From the NCBI GenBank assembly GCA_965262725.1, contig OZ253555.1, positions 1,184,001-1,248,000 of the forward strand: a stretch of 64,000 nucleotides of DNA. The letters run 5' to 3'. Shown one piece after another: positions 12,452 through 23,313 of this stretch (its first letter is position 1; each line of letters starts with the position of its first letter). The DNA is from Dehalococcoidia bacterium (GTDB lineage: Bacteria > Chloroflexota > Dehalococcoidia > UBA2979). The translations under genes and the position numbers were made by a program. Below the pieces are notes generated by a model that was not told where the DNA came from, did not search any database, and worked only from the letters and a program-made list of their open reading frames with translations.

Positions 12452-15139
12452 ATGGGTGTCGAGGCTGGAGGTCAAGCCGACCGCTTCGATGTCCGAGGCA
12501 TGATCACTGCCGCCGGCGCCGATCTCACCGTGCATCGCATCGAGGCGATCTGCGGGGCGCTGGGCGCCTCCGTGGACCGGCTGCCGTTCACGCTGCGGAT
12601 CCTGCTCGAGAACCTGCTCCGCAACGAGGACGGTCGCTCCGTCACGAGAGAGCAGATCGAGGCGCTCGTCCGCTGGGATCCCGCCGCGACGCCGGATACC
12701 GAGATCGCGTTCCGGCCCGCACGCGTCCTTCTGCAGGACTTCACCGGTGTTCCCTGCATCGTGGATCTCGCTGCGATGCGTGATGCGATCGCAGAGATGG
12801 GCGGCGACCCGCGCCGCATTAACCCCCTGCAGCCCGTCGATCTCGTCATCGATCACTCAGTGCAGGTCGATGAGTACGGGAGCAGCGCCGCGTTCCTGCT
12901 AAACGTACGCCGAGAGTTCGAGCGCAATCGCGAGCGCTACCAGTTCCTGCGCTGGGGTCAGGGGGAGCTCGACGGTTTCCGCGTCGTGCCGCCGGGAACG
13001 GGCATCGTGCATCAGGTGAACCTGGAATACCTCGCCTCGGGCGTGGTGGCGATGAACGGCGTCGCCTACCCTGACACGCTGGTCGGCACTGACTCGCACA
13101 CGACGATGATCAATGGGCTCGGCGTGCTGGGCTGGGGCGTCGGCGGCATTGAGGCCGAGGCCGCGATGTTGGGGCAGCCGGTCTCGATGCTGATCCCGCA
13201 GGTCGTCGGGGTGCGCCTCAGCGGCCGTCTGCCGGAGGGCGCCACCGGGACCGACCTCGTGCTGCGAGTGACGGAGTTGCTCAGGGAGCGTCGCGTCGTC
13301 GGAAAGTTCGTCGAGTACTTCGGCGAGGGGCTCGCCGAGCTTCCGCTCGCGGCCCGCGCGACCGTCGCCAACATGTGTCCCGAGTACGGCGCGACGGTGG
13401 GCTTTTTCCCTGTCGATGCCGAGACCCTCTCCTACCTGCGCTTTACTGGGCGCACCGACGCGGAGGTGGAACTGGTCGAGAGCTACTGTCGCGCGCAGCG
13501 GCTCTTCCGCACGCCGGAGACGCCGGATCCCGAGTACTCCGAGGTGTTGGAGGTCGATCTCGGGAGCATCGAGCCGAGTCTCGCCGGTCCGAAGCGGCCA
13601 CAGGACCGGATCCCGCTCGCGTCGGCCGCCGACTCCTCGCGAGCGACGATCGCAGAGGAGGTGGCCGCCGGCGCTGGGTCGGGACCCGTGCCTGTCGGGG
13701 ATGGCCCGGAGGCGTACGAGCTCTCGAGCGGCTCGGTGGTGATCGCGGCGATCACGAGCTGCACCAACACGTCCAACCCCGAGGTGATGGTCGGAGCGGG
13801 GTTGCTCGCGAAGAACGCGGTCGAACGTGGGCTCTCCACGCCGCCGTGGGTGAAGACGAGTCTCGCACCCGGCTCGAAGGTGGTCACGGACTACCTGCGC
13901 GACGCGGGGCTGATGGAACCCCTCGAGCAGCTCGGCTTCAACTTGGTGGGCTACGGCTGCACGACCTGCATCGGGAACTCCGGGCCGCTGCTCCCTCCGG
14001 TGGCCGACGCCATCGATGACGGGAAGCTCGCCGTCGCGGCGGTGCTCTCCGGCAACCGGAACTTCGAGGCGCGCGTCCACAACCGCGTGCGCTCCAACTA
14101 CCTCGCCTCGCCTCCGCTTGTCGTCGCCTATGCGCTCGCTGGTCACATGAACGTCGATCTAACGCGCGACCCGCTCGGGACCGACAGGGCGGGCCGTTCG
14201 GTCTACCTCCGCGATATCTGGCCCCGGGCGCAGGATGTGCAGGAGACGCTGAATCGCTCCGTGCGCGCCGAGATGTTCCGCAGCGAGTACGCGGATGTCT
14301 TCTCCGGCGATGAGGAGTGGCGCGATTTGCCGGTCCCCACCGGCGAGCGCTTCGCCTGGGACGGGTGGTCGACCTATGTCCGACGCCCACCCTTCTTCGA
14401 CGGGATGGCGCGCGAGCCGACGGCGCCCGGTGACATCGTCGGAGGGCGGGTTCTAGCGCTGCTCGGCGACTCAGTGACCACGGACCACATCTCGCCCGCC
14501 GGCGCGATCGCCGACGGCTCGCCCGCGGGGCGTTACCTGCAGGAGCACGAGGTGCCGGTGCGCGAGTTCAACAGCTACGGCGCGCGCCGGGGGAACCACG
14601 AGGTGATGATGCGGGGCACGTTCGCCAACGTGCGCCTGCGCAACGCCCTCGTCGAGCGCGAGGGCGGGTGGACGCGTCACTTCCCCTCCGGCGAGGAGAT
14701 GCTGATCTTCGATGCAGCGCAGCGCTACCAGACGGAGCGCGTGGCGCTTCTTATCGTCGCCGGTCGTGAGTACGGATCGGGGAGCTCACGCGACTGGGCT
14801 GCGAAGGGTCCGGCGCTGCTCGGCGTGCGCGCGGTGATCGCGCAGAGCTACGAACGCATCCACCGCTCGAATCTCATCGGCATGGGCATCCTGCCGCTCG
14901 AGTTTCTGCCTGGCGAGTCGCTGGCGACGCACGGCCTCAGCGGCACCGAGCGCATCGACGTACGCGGCATTGAGGGCGGCGTTACGCCCGGACAGTCGGT
15001 GACGGTGTATGGCCACACCGAGGCCGGACGGGAGGTGAGCTTCCCGGTGCGCTGCCGCGTCGACACGCCTGTGGAGGCGGAGTACTACCGCCACGGCGGG
15101 ATCCTCCAGTATGTGCTACGGGGTCTGCTCGCGTCATAG
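12452..15139 (+). CDS. acnA: Aconitate hydratase A
   Basis: [54 protein letters not shown]. Confidence 0.98.
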   Translation: MGVEAGGQADRFDVRGMITAAGADLTVHRIEAICGALGASVDRLPFTLRILLENLLRNEDGRSVTREQIEALVRWDPAATPDTEIAFRPARVLLQDFTGVPCIVDLAAMRDAIAEMGGDPRRINPLQPVDLVIDHSVQVDEYGSSAAFLLNVRREFERNRERYQFLRWGQGELDGFRVVPPGTGIVHQVNLEYLASGVVAMNGVAYPDTLVGTDSHTTMINGLGVLGWGVGGIEAEAAMLGQPVSMLIPQVVGVRLSGRLPEGATGTDLVLRVTELLRERRVVGKFVEYFGEGLAELPLAARATVANMCPEYGATVGFFPVDAETLSYLRFTGRTDAEVELVESYCRAQRLFRTPETPDPEYSEVLEVDLGSIEPSLAGPKRPQDRIPLASAADSSRATIAEEVAAGAGSGPVPVGDGPEAYELSSGSVVIAAITSCTNTSNPEVMVGAGLLAKNAVERGLSTPPWVKTSLAPGSKVVTDYLRDAGLMEPLEQLGFNLVGYGCTTCIGNSGPLLPPVADAIDDGKLAVAAVLSGNRNFEARVHNRVRSNYLASPPLVVAYALAGHMNVDLTRDPLGTDRAGRSVYLRDIWPRAQDVQETLNRSVRAEMFRSEYADVFSGDEEWRDLPVPTGERFAWDGWSTYVRRPPFFDGMAREPTAPGDIVGGRVLALLGDSVTTDHISPAGAIADGSPAGRYLQEHEVPVREFNSYGARRGNHEVMMRGTFANVRLRNALVEREGGWTRHFPSGEEMLIFDAAQRYQTERVALLIVAGREYGSGSSRDWAAKGPALLGVRAVIAQSYERIHRSNLIGMGILPLEFLPGESLATHGLSGTERIDVRGIEGGVTPGQSVTVYGHTEAGREVSFPVRCRVDTPVEAEYYRHGGILQYVLRGLLAS

Positions 15140-15267
15140 GGGGCGCTCGGCGAAGCGCGGCGAGGTATCCCCGGGCGGGGTGTCGCTCCCGACGCGGTCA
15201 TGCTCGTCAGCTGCTCCCGGCAGGCCGCGCCTGGGGGAGAGCGCTCCCGCCGAGGCGAGAGGCCCAG

Positions 15268-16707
15268 CTACGGTCGGTCCCGCCCGTGTCCGGCTGACGA
15301 CGCGGGCGGCCGGCGGTGCCGAGCTGGGGGTTCAGGGCGCTTCGCGAGGATGAAGAAGATCGATCCCAGCCCCCCCGCCAGCGCGAGCACGGTGAAGCCC
15401 ACCTCGTAGTTCCCGGTGCGGTCGGCGAGGAAGCCGGCGAGGAGGGGACCGCCCATCATTCCTGTCATCACGATGATCGAGGAGAAGCCCATGATGGTGC
15501 CGTAGGAACTGCGACCGAAGTAGTCGGCGCGGATCGCCATCATCAGGGGGCCGCGCGTTCCCCACGCCAATCCGTGCAAGACCGTGAACGCGACGACCAT
15601 CCAGAGCGAGTCGGCGAAGGCGAGCAGCAGCAGCCCCACCATGTGCATCACCATGCACGTCACGATGATGACGCGCTTCTCGAAGCGGTCGCCGAGGGAG
15701 GCGCCGCCGAGCTGTCCGGCCATCTGCATCGCGGTGAGGAGAGAGACAAAAAGCGCGGCCTCGCCGAGCGAGTAGTGGAGCCTTTCCGTGAGTTGCAGCA
15801 CGAGGTGCACCATCACGGCCGAGACCACGAGCAGCGCCGAGCCGTGCCCGAGGGAGACCATCCAGAAGGCGCGCGTGTGCATCGCCTCGCGCGCGGTGAA
15901 GTCGGAGTCCCCGCCCGGGAGCGCGGCCGCAGCGTTCGCGCCGACGCTGTCGTGCATCTCCTCGCGCGGGCGGCCGTCGACTGTATGGCCGTAGGGCTCC
16001 GGCCGATGACGGATGACGAACGAGAGCGGTATGCCGGCGGCGATGATCAGCACGCCCGAACCGAAGGCCGTCCAGCGCCAGCCCCACGTCTCCATCGCGA
16101 GCACGGTGAGAGGAACGAGCAGGCCGCCGATCGCGAATCCGACCTGTGACATGCCCAGCGCGGTGGCGCGTCGGCGCTCGAACCAGTTCACGATCGCAAC
16201 CGTGATCGCGAGCGGCCCCCCGAGGGAGGAACCGATCGCGATCAGGAAGAATGTCGCGTAGAAGGTCGCCGGCGAGTTGAGTTGGCTGAACAGCATGAAG
16301 CCCACGCCGAAGAGGACAAGGCCCACGCGCATGATCGCGGGCGGCCCGAACCGATCGAGCATCCAGCCCTGCAGCGGTCCGAGCACGCCGCTCTCGGCGC
16401 GCGCGAGGGCGAAGGCGCCGGAGACTAGCGCGCGGCTCCACCCGAATTCCTCGCGCAGCACCGCGGCATACGCCCCGAAGGCCTGCATCAGGAGGCCGGC
16501 GAACATGATCTGGATGCCGGCGCCCGCCGCGACGATCCACCAGCCGTAGAAGGGGCGCCGGAGCCTGAGCGGACCGCCGCGACGCCCGCGGTCGCCCTCC
16601 GCCGAGCGTGACCGCACGGGCGAACCCGGCGCGCCGTCGGTGGGGGCGGTCGGTCTCACCGTCACGCCGCCCGGGGAGGGCGTCGCGGAGGGCGGCGTTC
16701 GTGCCAC
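15268..16707 (-). CDS. MFS transporter (start uncertain)
   Basis: About 12 hydrophobic segments; FYGWWIV; GWMLDRFG motif A. Confidence 0.9.
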   Translation of the reverse strand: MARTPPSATPSPGGVTVRPTAPTDGAPGSPVRSRSAEGDRGRRGGPLRLRRPFYGWWIVAAGAGIQIMFAGLLMQAFGAYAAVLREEFGWSRALVSGAFALARAESGVLGPLQGWMLDRFGPPAIMRVGLVLFGVGFMLFSQLNSPATFYATFFLIAIGSSLGGPLAITVAIVNWFERRRATALGMSQVGFAIGGLLVPLTVLAMETWGWRWTAFGSGVLIIAAGIPLSFVIRHRPEPYGHTVDGRPREEMHDSVGANAAAALPGGDSDFTAREAMHTRAFWMVSLGHGSALLVVSAVMVHLVLQLTERLHYSLGEAALFVSLLTAMQMAGQLGGASLGDRFEKRVIIVTCMVMHMVGLLLLAFADSLWMVVAFTVLHGLAWGTRGPLMMAIRADYFGRSSYGTIMGFSSIIVMTGMMGGPLLAGFLADRTGNYEVGFTVLALAGGLGSIFFILAKRPEPPARHRRPPASSAGHGRDRP

Positions 16708-16711
16708 AGCC

Positions 16712-19291
16712 CTACTCCCGGCTCCGAGCGAAGTCGCGGCATCGGATCGCGCGCTCGAGATCGTCGTTCGCCTCGCGCAGGAGCCGCGAGAGGAGCGGCT
16801 CCCCTTCGACCGTGGTGAGAACGGAGCGCGAGAGCTCCAGCAGTTCGGGTTCGACGCGGTCGTCGGGGAAGAGCTGCCCGAAGAAGGCCTGCGTGAACTC
16901 GTGGTCGCGCTCGCGGGCGACCCGGGGGAGCAGGTCGAAGAAGCGCTCCACGTACGGGGCGAGCAAGTCGCGCTGCGCCGGCCAGTGGAAACCGCTCATC
17001 GCCGCGACCGTGAGATGAAGGGACCCGTAGCCTTCTCCGAGGAAACGCTCCCACGCAGCGGCCTTGACGGCGGGATGAGGAACAGACGTCTCGATGCGGA
17101 GCGCCGCCCGCTGGCCGCGGTCGGAGGGATCGCGTTCGCGTTGCGCGTCGGCGCGCGCTTCGGCGCCGGCGAGACCGTGGGCGGCGTAGCGCGCCGCGAT
17201 CTCCCAGCGCATCTGCTGATCGACCTCGAGCCCCGGAATCCTCGTGGCGCCGTCGGCGAGCTGGGCCGTGCGCTCAATGTCGCCGGGCGTGAGGGCGACC
17301 TGGATCAGCGTGCGCGTCCAGAGGATCTGCAGGTCGCCCGCGGGCAGCGCGGGGAGCAAGTCCCACGCCTGCTCGAAGAACGAGTGGGCGGCGGCCGGCT
17401 GGCGGTCCTGGGGCACGTAGCGCATGAGCGCGCCCTGCGCCGTGGCGAGCAGAGTCTCGACCAGCTCGACATCGCGCTCCACGGCGAGGTGGCGCGAGAG
17501 GGCCTCAAGGTAGTCCAGCGACGAGAGCTGCTGGTCGCGCACCATGTCCCAGAGCGCACGCCAGCAGAGTTGCCGTGCGAGCGGATCGGCGACATCGGGG
17601 AGCCGCTCCCTGGCGAAGGCGAGCGACCTCTCGTCGAGCGCGAGCTTGGCGTAGGCGTGGTCGCCGTGGTTGGGGAGCACGAAGAGGGGCACAGGTCGGC
17701 CGGCGGCGGCGGGAACGTCGGCCGCGGAGCCGTCGATGGAGGCGGGCAGCTCCTCGACGACTGCGTCGCCCGGGTGCTCCCCCTCGCGCCAGAGCCCGAG
17801 CGTGACGTGGTGCGGCCGAAGCGTGGGATGCTCGCCGGGCGCGCTCTGGGAGAGCCACAGCCGGCCGATGACCCCGCCGTCGGCCTCCCAGCCCGCGGCG
17901 ATCGTGTTAACGGACGGCGTCTCCAGCCAGAGCGCCGCCCAGGCGTGCAGGTCGCGCTCGCCGCCCGCCTCCCGGATCCCGGCCTCGAGGGCGTCGAGGA
18001 ACTCGCGCAGCGTGGTGTTGCCGAAGGCGTGCCGACGGAAGTAGAGGCGCATCCCGGCGCGGAAGCCCTCGATGCCCATTGCGGCGACGAGCTGCTTGAT
18101 GACGGCCGCGCCCTTGCCGTAGGTGATGCCGTCGAAGTTGAGGAAGGTCTCCTCGGTGCTCGCCACCTCGCCGGCGATCGGATGCGTGGTCGGCAGCTGA
18201 TCCTGCCGGTAGGCCCACGCCTTCATCCCGGAATTGAATGATTGCCACGCCGTCGTGAAGCGGGTGGCCGTGGTCAGCGCGAGGTAGGCCATGTAGGTGG
18301 CGAAGCTCTCGTTGAGCCACAGGTCGTTCCACCATCTCATTGTCACGAGGTTCCCGAACCACATGTGGGCCATCTCGTGGAGGATCACCTCGGCACGGGT
18401 GAGGCGCTGGTTCTCGGTGGGCGGGTCGCGGAAGATCAGCCGCTCCGAGTGTGTGACCGCGGCGACGTTCTCCATCGCTCCGGCGTTGAATTCCGGGACG
18501 AAGACCTGGTCGTATTTCCCGAATGGGTAGAGGTAGTCGAAGAACTCGACGAAGAAGTCGAGACCCTGGCGAGTGATCTCGAGGACCTCCTCCTCGTCGA
18601 GATGGCGCACGAGCGAGCGCCGGCAGTAGAGCGCCAGCGGGATGCCCGCGTGCTCGGAGCGGATCGCGTGGTAGGGGCCGGCGATGAGCGCGAAGAGGTA
18701 GGGTGCGATCGGCGGCGTCGGCTCGAAGCGCACGAACTGGCGCTCGTCGGCGATGTCGTCGCGGTGTTCCGCCGCCCCGTTCGCGATCAGCGCCCACGCC
18801 GCTGGAGCCGCGACCGAGAGCGAGAGTCGCGCCTTCAGGTCAGGCTGGTCGAAGCACGGTAGCAGGCGGTGCGCGGCGTAGGGCTCGAAGTTGGTGTAGA
18901 GGTACTCCTCGCCGTCCTCGGGGTCGATGAACTGGTGGAATCCGTCGCCAGTGTGGTCGTAGTCGCTCTCGTAGCGCGCCCGCACGACGTGCCCGCCGCT
19001 CGCCGTGAGCGCCGCGGCCGGCAGGGCGAGGCGGTAGCCGGTCCACGACGGGACGACGATGGCTCCGTCGATCTCCAGAGACTCGATCGCTCCGCCCCGG
19101 AAGTCGAGGAAGGTGTCGCCCTCGCCAGCGAGCCGGAAGCGAATCGTGACGTCGCCGCGGTAGCGCTCGGCACCGCCGGTGAGATCGAGCGCAAGTTCGT
19201 AGGAGACGTCGGAGAGGCGCGCGGCGCGTACCTGGGCCTCGATCTGCGTGAGCTCGTCGCGAGCGCTGCCGGCCGCCGCGACACTCTGCAC
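16712..19291 (-). CDS. pepN: Aminopeptidase N (M1 family)
   Basis: GAMEN, HEMAH(x18)E, FDGITYGKGA. Confidence 0.95.
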   Translation of the reverse strand: MQSVAAAGSARDELTQIEAQVRAARLSDVSYELALDLTGGAERYRGDVTIRFRLAGEGDTFLDFRGGAIESLEIDGAIVVPSWTGYRLALPAAALTASGGHVVRARYESDYDHTGDGFHQFIDPEDGEEYLYTNFEPYAAHRLLPCFDQPDLKARLSLSVAAPAAWALIANGAAEHRDDIADERQFVRFEPTPPIAPYLFALIAGPYHAIRSEHAGIPLALYCRRSLVRHLDEEEVLEITRQGLDFFVEFFDYLYPFGKYDQVFVPEFNAGAMENVAAVTHSERLIFRDPPTENQRLTRAEVILHEMAHMWFGNLVTMRWWNDLWLNESFATYMAYLALTTATRFTTAWQSFNSGMKAWAYRQDQLPTTHPIAGEVASTEETFLNFDGITYGKGAAVIKQLVAAMGIEGFRAGMRLYFRRHAFGNTTLREFLDALEAGIREAGGERDLHAWAALWLETPSVNTIAAGWEADGGVIGRLWLSQSAPGEHPTLRPHHVTLGLWREGEHPGDAVVEELPASIDGSAADVPAAAGRPVPLFVLPNHGDHAYAKLALDERSLAFARERLPDVADPLARQLCWRALWDMVRDQQLSSLDYLEALSRHLAVERDVELVETLLATAQGALMRYVPQDRQPAAAHSFFEQAWDLLPALPAGDLQILWTRTLIQVALTPGDIERTAQLADGATRIPGLEVDQQMRWEIAARYAAHGLAGAEARADAQRERDPSDRGQRAALRIETSVPHPAVKAAAWERFLGEGYGSLHLTVAAMSGFHWPAQRDLLAPYVERFFDLLPRVARERDHEFTQAFFGQLFPDDRVEPELLELSRSVLTTVEGEPLLSRLLREANDDLERAIRCRDFARSRE

Positions 19292-19489
19292 GGCCGTCTC
19301 GGGTGGACCACTCGGCCGGGCAGACGGTGGCGGACTCGGCACGCGATGGCCTCTCGTCGGGGCTCGGCGAGCATCGATGATAGCGAACGACGTTTCCAGT
19401 GGCAGTGTGGCCGGTCCTCGGGACCCGTACTCGTCACGCACGCGTTCGGTGTTAGGCTTCGGCGTCCGGTCGAGGGGGAGGAGGGGGCG

Positions 19490-19933
19490 ATGGTGGGCGC
19501 AGATGAACTGCGGCAGGCGATCCGGGGGGCGCTGCCCCCTCTGCGAGTCGCGATCGAGGGGGCCGGTGCGGATTGGGAGCGCGCCCCGGCGCCGAGCGAC
19601 GGATCGCGCGAGTCCGGCGAGGAGGACTGGTCGGCGCGCCAGGCCGCCGAACACGTGATCGGCGCCGAATACGCCTTCGCGCGAGCGATCGACGGCGCGC
19701 TTGGGCGAGAGTCGCTCGAGCGCCCCGAGATCGAGCTCCCCTCGGCCGCCGAGGCCCTCGCGGCGCTGGAGGCTTCATCCGCAGCTCTCGACGCGGCTGT
19801 GGCGACGCTCTCGGACGAGCAGCTCAAGGTCGAGACGCGCTTCGGACGCACCGTGGAGTGGGTGGCCGAGCTTGCTGCGAGCCACCGCTCGGAGCACGCT
19901 GCGCAGATCGAGGCGCTGGGCACCGGTGGCTAG
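19490..19933 (+). CDS. DinB-family protein
   Basis: RBS GGAGG; WSARQAAEH and C-terminal HxxxH(AAQI). Confidence 0.8.
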   Translation: MVGADELRQAIRGALPPLRVAIEGAGADWERAPAPSDGSRESGEEDWSARQAAEHVIGAEYAFARAIDGALGRESLERPEIELPSAAEALAALEASSAALDAAVATLSDEQLKVETRFGRTVEWVAELAASHRSEHAAQIEALGTGG

Positions 19934-20703
19934 GGTTCGCCCGGCGGTGGGCCGGCCGCGGTGCCGCCGGACGACGCCGTCCGTCGGCGCGGGACGACCC
20001 AGAGGCGCACGGTCGCGACGGACGCGAGCGTAGCTGCGAGCCCCCACCACGTGAGGGCGTACTCGAGGTGCGGGATCGTGTTGCGGTACGGCACGTAGCC
20101 CGTCTGCGGCAGCTCGCTTGGGCTCGGCGGCATGAGGGCGTCCGTGTCGAGCGGCGCATCGCCTTCGATCAGGCCCCAGGCGACCACCGGGTACGGGAGC
20201 GTCCCTGCCATCGAGGCGGGATGAAAGGATGTCCACCCCGCGTTCGCCACGAGCCGCGCTCCGCCCTCCTCGAGGTACCGGGCCATCCCCAGAGCCTCCC
20301 CGGCGGGCTCCGCGGCGAGGCGCATCCGCACCTCGCCACGGAGTTCCAGCGGGTACCACCCCCGGTCGACGAGCACGGCGGGCCCGCCGCCGGAGGGACG
20401 GAGCGGCACGATTACCTCCTCGCCCCGCGTGCCGAAGCGCACGCGGTTTGTGACGATGAGCGAGCGATCGAGGTCCCAGCTCCCAGTGATGCGCACCAGT
20501 CGGAAGTCGAGATCTCGGCCCGGCGGCGCCGCGTCGGCGCGCTGCAGCGCGATCGGCGCCGCCTCCGTCCGATCGCCGAGGCGATCGCCGAGGCGCTGCT
20601 TCTCCTGGTGGCGAGCAAACTGCCACGTGCCGAGCGCGATCAGCACGGCGAGGGAGGCGAGCAGCAGGATGAGCAGTGCCGGCGTACGGAGGCGCATCGT
20701 CAC
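19930..20703 (-). CDS. SURF1-family protein
   Basis: LGTWQ, VLVDRGW, HLEYALTWW. Confidence 0.9.
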   Translation of the reverse strand: MTMRLRTPALLILLLASLAVLIALGTWQFARHQEKQRLGDRLGDRTEAAPIALQRADAAPPGRDLDFRLVRITGSWDLDRSLIVTNRVRFGTRGEEVIVPLRPSGGGPAVLVDRGWYPLELRGEVRMRLAAEPAGEALGMARYLEEGGARLVANAGWTSFHPASMAGTLPYPVVAWGLIEGDAPLDTDALMPPSPSELPQTGYVPYRNTIPHLEYALTWWGLAATLASVATVRLWVVPRRRTASSGGTAAGPPPGEP

Positions 20704-20920
20704 GTGGACCTCTCGGCGTTGCCGCCGGGCCGCGTGCCCGAGCGGCCGGGGCGCTGCCCCAGTGTCGGAGTCTGCTCGACCGCGGGCAACGCGACTTCGC
20801 TTGCCGGCGCGGGGTTCGTTCGTTGCCGATCGCGCGCGGCGGCGCTGGCGGCCCTGCGGGACGAGCGATCCCGTCGATCCGGTGGTGATCGCGGGCGGGC
20901 GCGCTCACCCGATTCGATGC

Positions 20921-20991
20921 TGGACAGGTCACCGCGCGCTCGCTACAGTCCCCCGATAGGCGGCTCGCGGGAGGTGTCTCCCGTGAGCCGC
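20921..20991 (+). promoter_or_regulatory. Putative sigma70 promoter followed by a 14-bp hairpin
   Basis: TGGACA-N17-TACAGT; inverted repeat GCGGCTCGCGGGAG-GTGT-CTCCCGTGAGCCGC (20960-20991). Confidence 0.5.
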
Positions 20992-21078
20992 GTGGTGATG
21001 TGGGGCTCATCGGCACGACGAGCGAGGCGCTCCGACCGCCAATGCACGGACCCCGGGGTCAGGCGAGGGGTGTGACAC

Positions 21079-21999
21079 ATGGTAGGTGCGGTTCTTGCCC
21101 GTCGAGCGATTCAGGCGTTCTTCGTCCTCTTCCTGCTGGTATCGACACTCTTCTTCGTCTCACGTATGTCGGGAGACCCGGTCGTCATGCTCACCGAGGG
21201 TGCGATCGATCCGGAAGACGTGGAGGCACTGCGGGAGGCCTACGGATTCAACGACCCGATCGTCGTGCAGTACGTTCGCTTCCTCGGCGAGATCTCAAGG
21301 GGGGACTTCGGCGACTCGGTGCGGACCTTCCAGCCCGCCCGCGATCTCGTGATCCAGCGCATTCAGGTCAGCCTGCAGCTGGTCATCCCGGCCAAGATCC
21401 TCGTCATCGCCATAGCGCTACCGCTGGGGGCGGTCGCAGCCGTCAAGCGCGGCGCGATCGGCGCGTTCGCCATGATCATGGCCGTCGTCTTCCAGTCGGT
21501 GCCTTCGTTCTTCCTCGGGGTCCTCTACATCTTCCTCTTCGGGGTCACGCTGGGCTGGTTGCCGGTGTTCGGGACCGGAGGTGTCGAACACTTCATTCTT
21601 CCGGTCGCGACGCTGATGGGCTACCCGCTCGCGCGCTACACGCGGCTGATGCGGGCGCAGGTCTCCGAGACGTTGACGCAGGAGTACGTGCGCACCGCCC
21701 GCGCGAAGGGCCTCGCCGAGACGAAGGTGATCCGCAAGCACGTGATGCGTAACTCGCTGCTCCCGATCATCACGGTGATGGGCGTCGACATTGGGACGCT
21801 CGTCGGCAGCGCGATCATCGTCGAGGCGGTTTTCGCGTGGCCCGGGTTCGGCACGCTGGTCGTCGAGGCGGCGAAGACGCGCGACTACCCTGTGATCCAG
21901 GCGGCGGGCTTCACGATCGGTCTGCTGGTGCTCACCGGCAGCTTGGTGGCGGACTTCGCGTACGGTCTCATCGACCCGCGTATTCGCCGGAAGAGCTAG
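21079..21999 (+). CDS. Peptide/nickel ABC transporter permease (DppB/OppB-like)
   Basis: GDFGDS, EYVRTARAKGL, VEAVFAWPGFG, RDYPVIQ. Confidence 0.93.
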   Translation: MVGAVLARRAIQAFFVLFLLVSTLFFVSRMSGDPVVMLTEGAIDPEDVEALREAYGFNDPIVVQYVRFLGEISRGDFGDSVRTFQPARDLVIQRIQVSLQLVIPAKILVIAIALPLGAVAAVKRGAIGAFAMIMAVVFQSVPSFFLGVLYIFLFGVTLGWLPVFGTGGVEHFILPVATLMGYPLARYTRLMRAQVSETLTQEYVRTARAKGLAETKVIRKHVMRNSLLPIITVMGVDIGTLVGSAIIVEAVFAWPGFGTLVVEAAKTRDYPVIQAAGFTIGLLVLTGSLVADFAYGLIDPRIRRKS

Positions 22000-22058
22000 G
22001 AGCGAGAGCGCGCGGCAGCGGGCAATCGCCTGGGCCGCAGACGGGCAGGATGTGCTGA

Positions 22059-23048
22059 ATGGCTAACTCACCAATGGACATGGGCGGCATCGGTGGCGGT
22101 AGCGTTCCCGGTCCCGATGCCGGTGGCGCGGCCGCGCTCGGAGCCGCGCCCGAGGCGTTCCAGATCGCGGCGGCTCGATCGCGGTGGGACCGGCTCTGGA
22201 ACCACCGCATGGTGGTCGGCTTCGTCCGTTACCCACCGGCTGCCTTCGCGGTCGTTATCGTCTTCTTCTTCGTCTCGATGGCGATGCTCGGCCCATACGT
22301 GATCAGCTGGGATCCGGATAAGCCGGACCTGCGCAGCGCGCTGCAGCCGCCCGACTTCAGCCTCGCCGTGAACTCTCATCATCTGCTGGGCACCGACTCG
22401 GTGGGTCGCGATGTCTTCACGCGCATCCTCGTGGGCGGGCGCGTCTCGATCCTGCTGGGGATCGTCGGGGCGTCCGGCGCGGCCACCATCGGCGTGGCCC
22501 TCGGGATGACCGCGGGCTGGAACCGCGGTATCACCGGTGCGATCATCATGCGCTGGGCCGACCTGCAGATCGCGCTGCCTCTCCTCCTGATGGCGCTGAC
22601 CATCGCGGCCGTGTTCGGCCCAGGACTCCACATCTTGCTCATCCTCTTCGCCGTCTGGTTCTGGGGGCCCTACGCCCGAATCTCGGAGGGCTTGACTCTT
22701 TCGGTGAAGAACCGCGAGTTCGTCGAAGCGGCCCGGACGATCGGGGCGGCGCCGCCGCGCATCGTGGCGCGGCATGTCTTCCCGCACCTGATCTCGCCGC
22801 TGCTCGTGCTGTGGTCGTTCTCGGCGGCGATCCTGATCATCATCGAGGCGTCGCTCTCCTTCCTCGGCGTGGGCATCCCACCGCCCACAGCCAGCTGGGG
22901 ATCGATGCTCTCGGAGGGCCGGCAGTTCCTGCACCGCGCGTCGTGGCTGGCGATCTACCCCGGTCTGGCGATCTCGCTGACCGTGTGGTCGATCAACACG
23001 CTCGGCGACCGCCTGCGCGACGTGGTCGACCGCCGGCAGTACCTCTAG
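22059..23048 (+). CDS. Peptide/nickel ABC transporter permease (DppC/OppC-like)
   Basis: HLLGTDSVGRD, EFVEAARTIGA, EASLSFLG, SWGSML, LGDRLRD. Confidence 0.93.
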   Translation: MANSPMDMGGIGGGSVPGPDAGGAAALGAAPEAFQIAAARSRWDRLWNHRMVVGFVRYPPAAFAVVIVFFFVSMAMLGPYVISWDPDKPDLRSALQPPDFSLAVNSHHLLGTDSVGRDVFTRILVGGRVSILLGIVGASGAATIGVALGMTAGWNRGITGAIIMRWADLQIALPLLLMALTIAAVFGPGLHILLILFAVWFWGPYARISEGLTLSVKNREFVEAARTIGAAPPRIVARHVFPHLISPLLVLWSFSAAILIIIEASLSFLGVGIPPPTASWGSMLSEGRQFLHRASWLAIYPGLAISLTVWSINTLGDRLRDVVDRRQYL

Positions 23049-23313
23049 GAGAGACCAGCTGGCGAGGGGCCCATCGGGGCACCGAGGGGAAGCGCCGCCT
23101 CGAGGCGGCGCTTCTCTTTCTCCGCCCGGGGCGGGTGCCCGGACCATCCCCCTCTGCCGCTGTTGCGGCGCTACCGCGTTTCGCGTTTACTGACGCGGCT
23201 CACGGCCAGAGGCCGCTCCCGAGGTCGAGCAGGCTGGACGACGGGCGCAGCGTCGGCTCGCGCGCCGGCAGTCCGACGCGGCCGCCGGGGTCGCGGACAA
23301 GGCGAGGAGTTGC

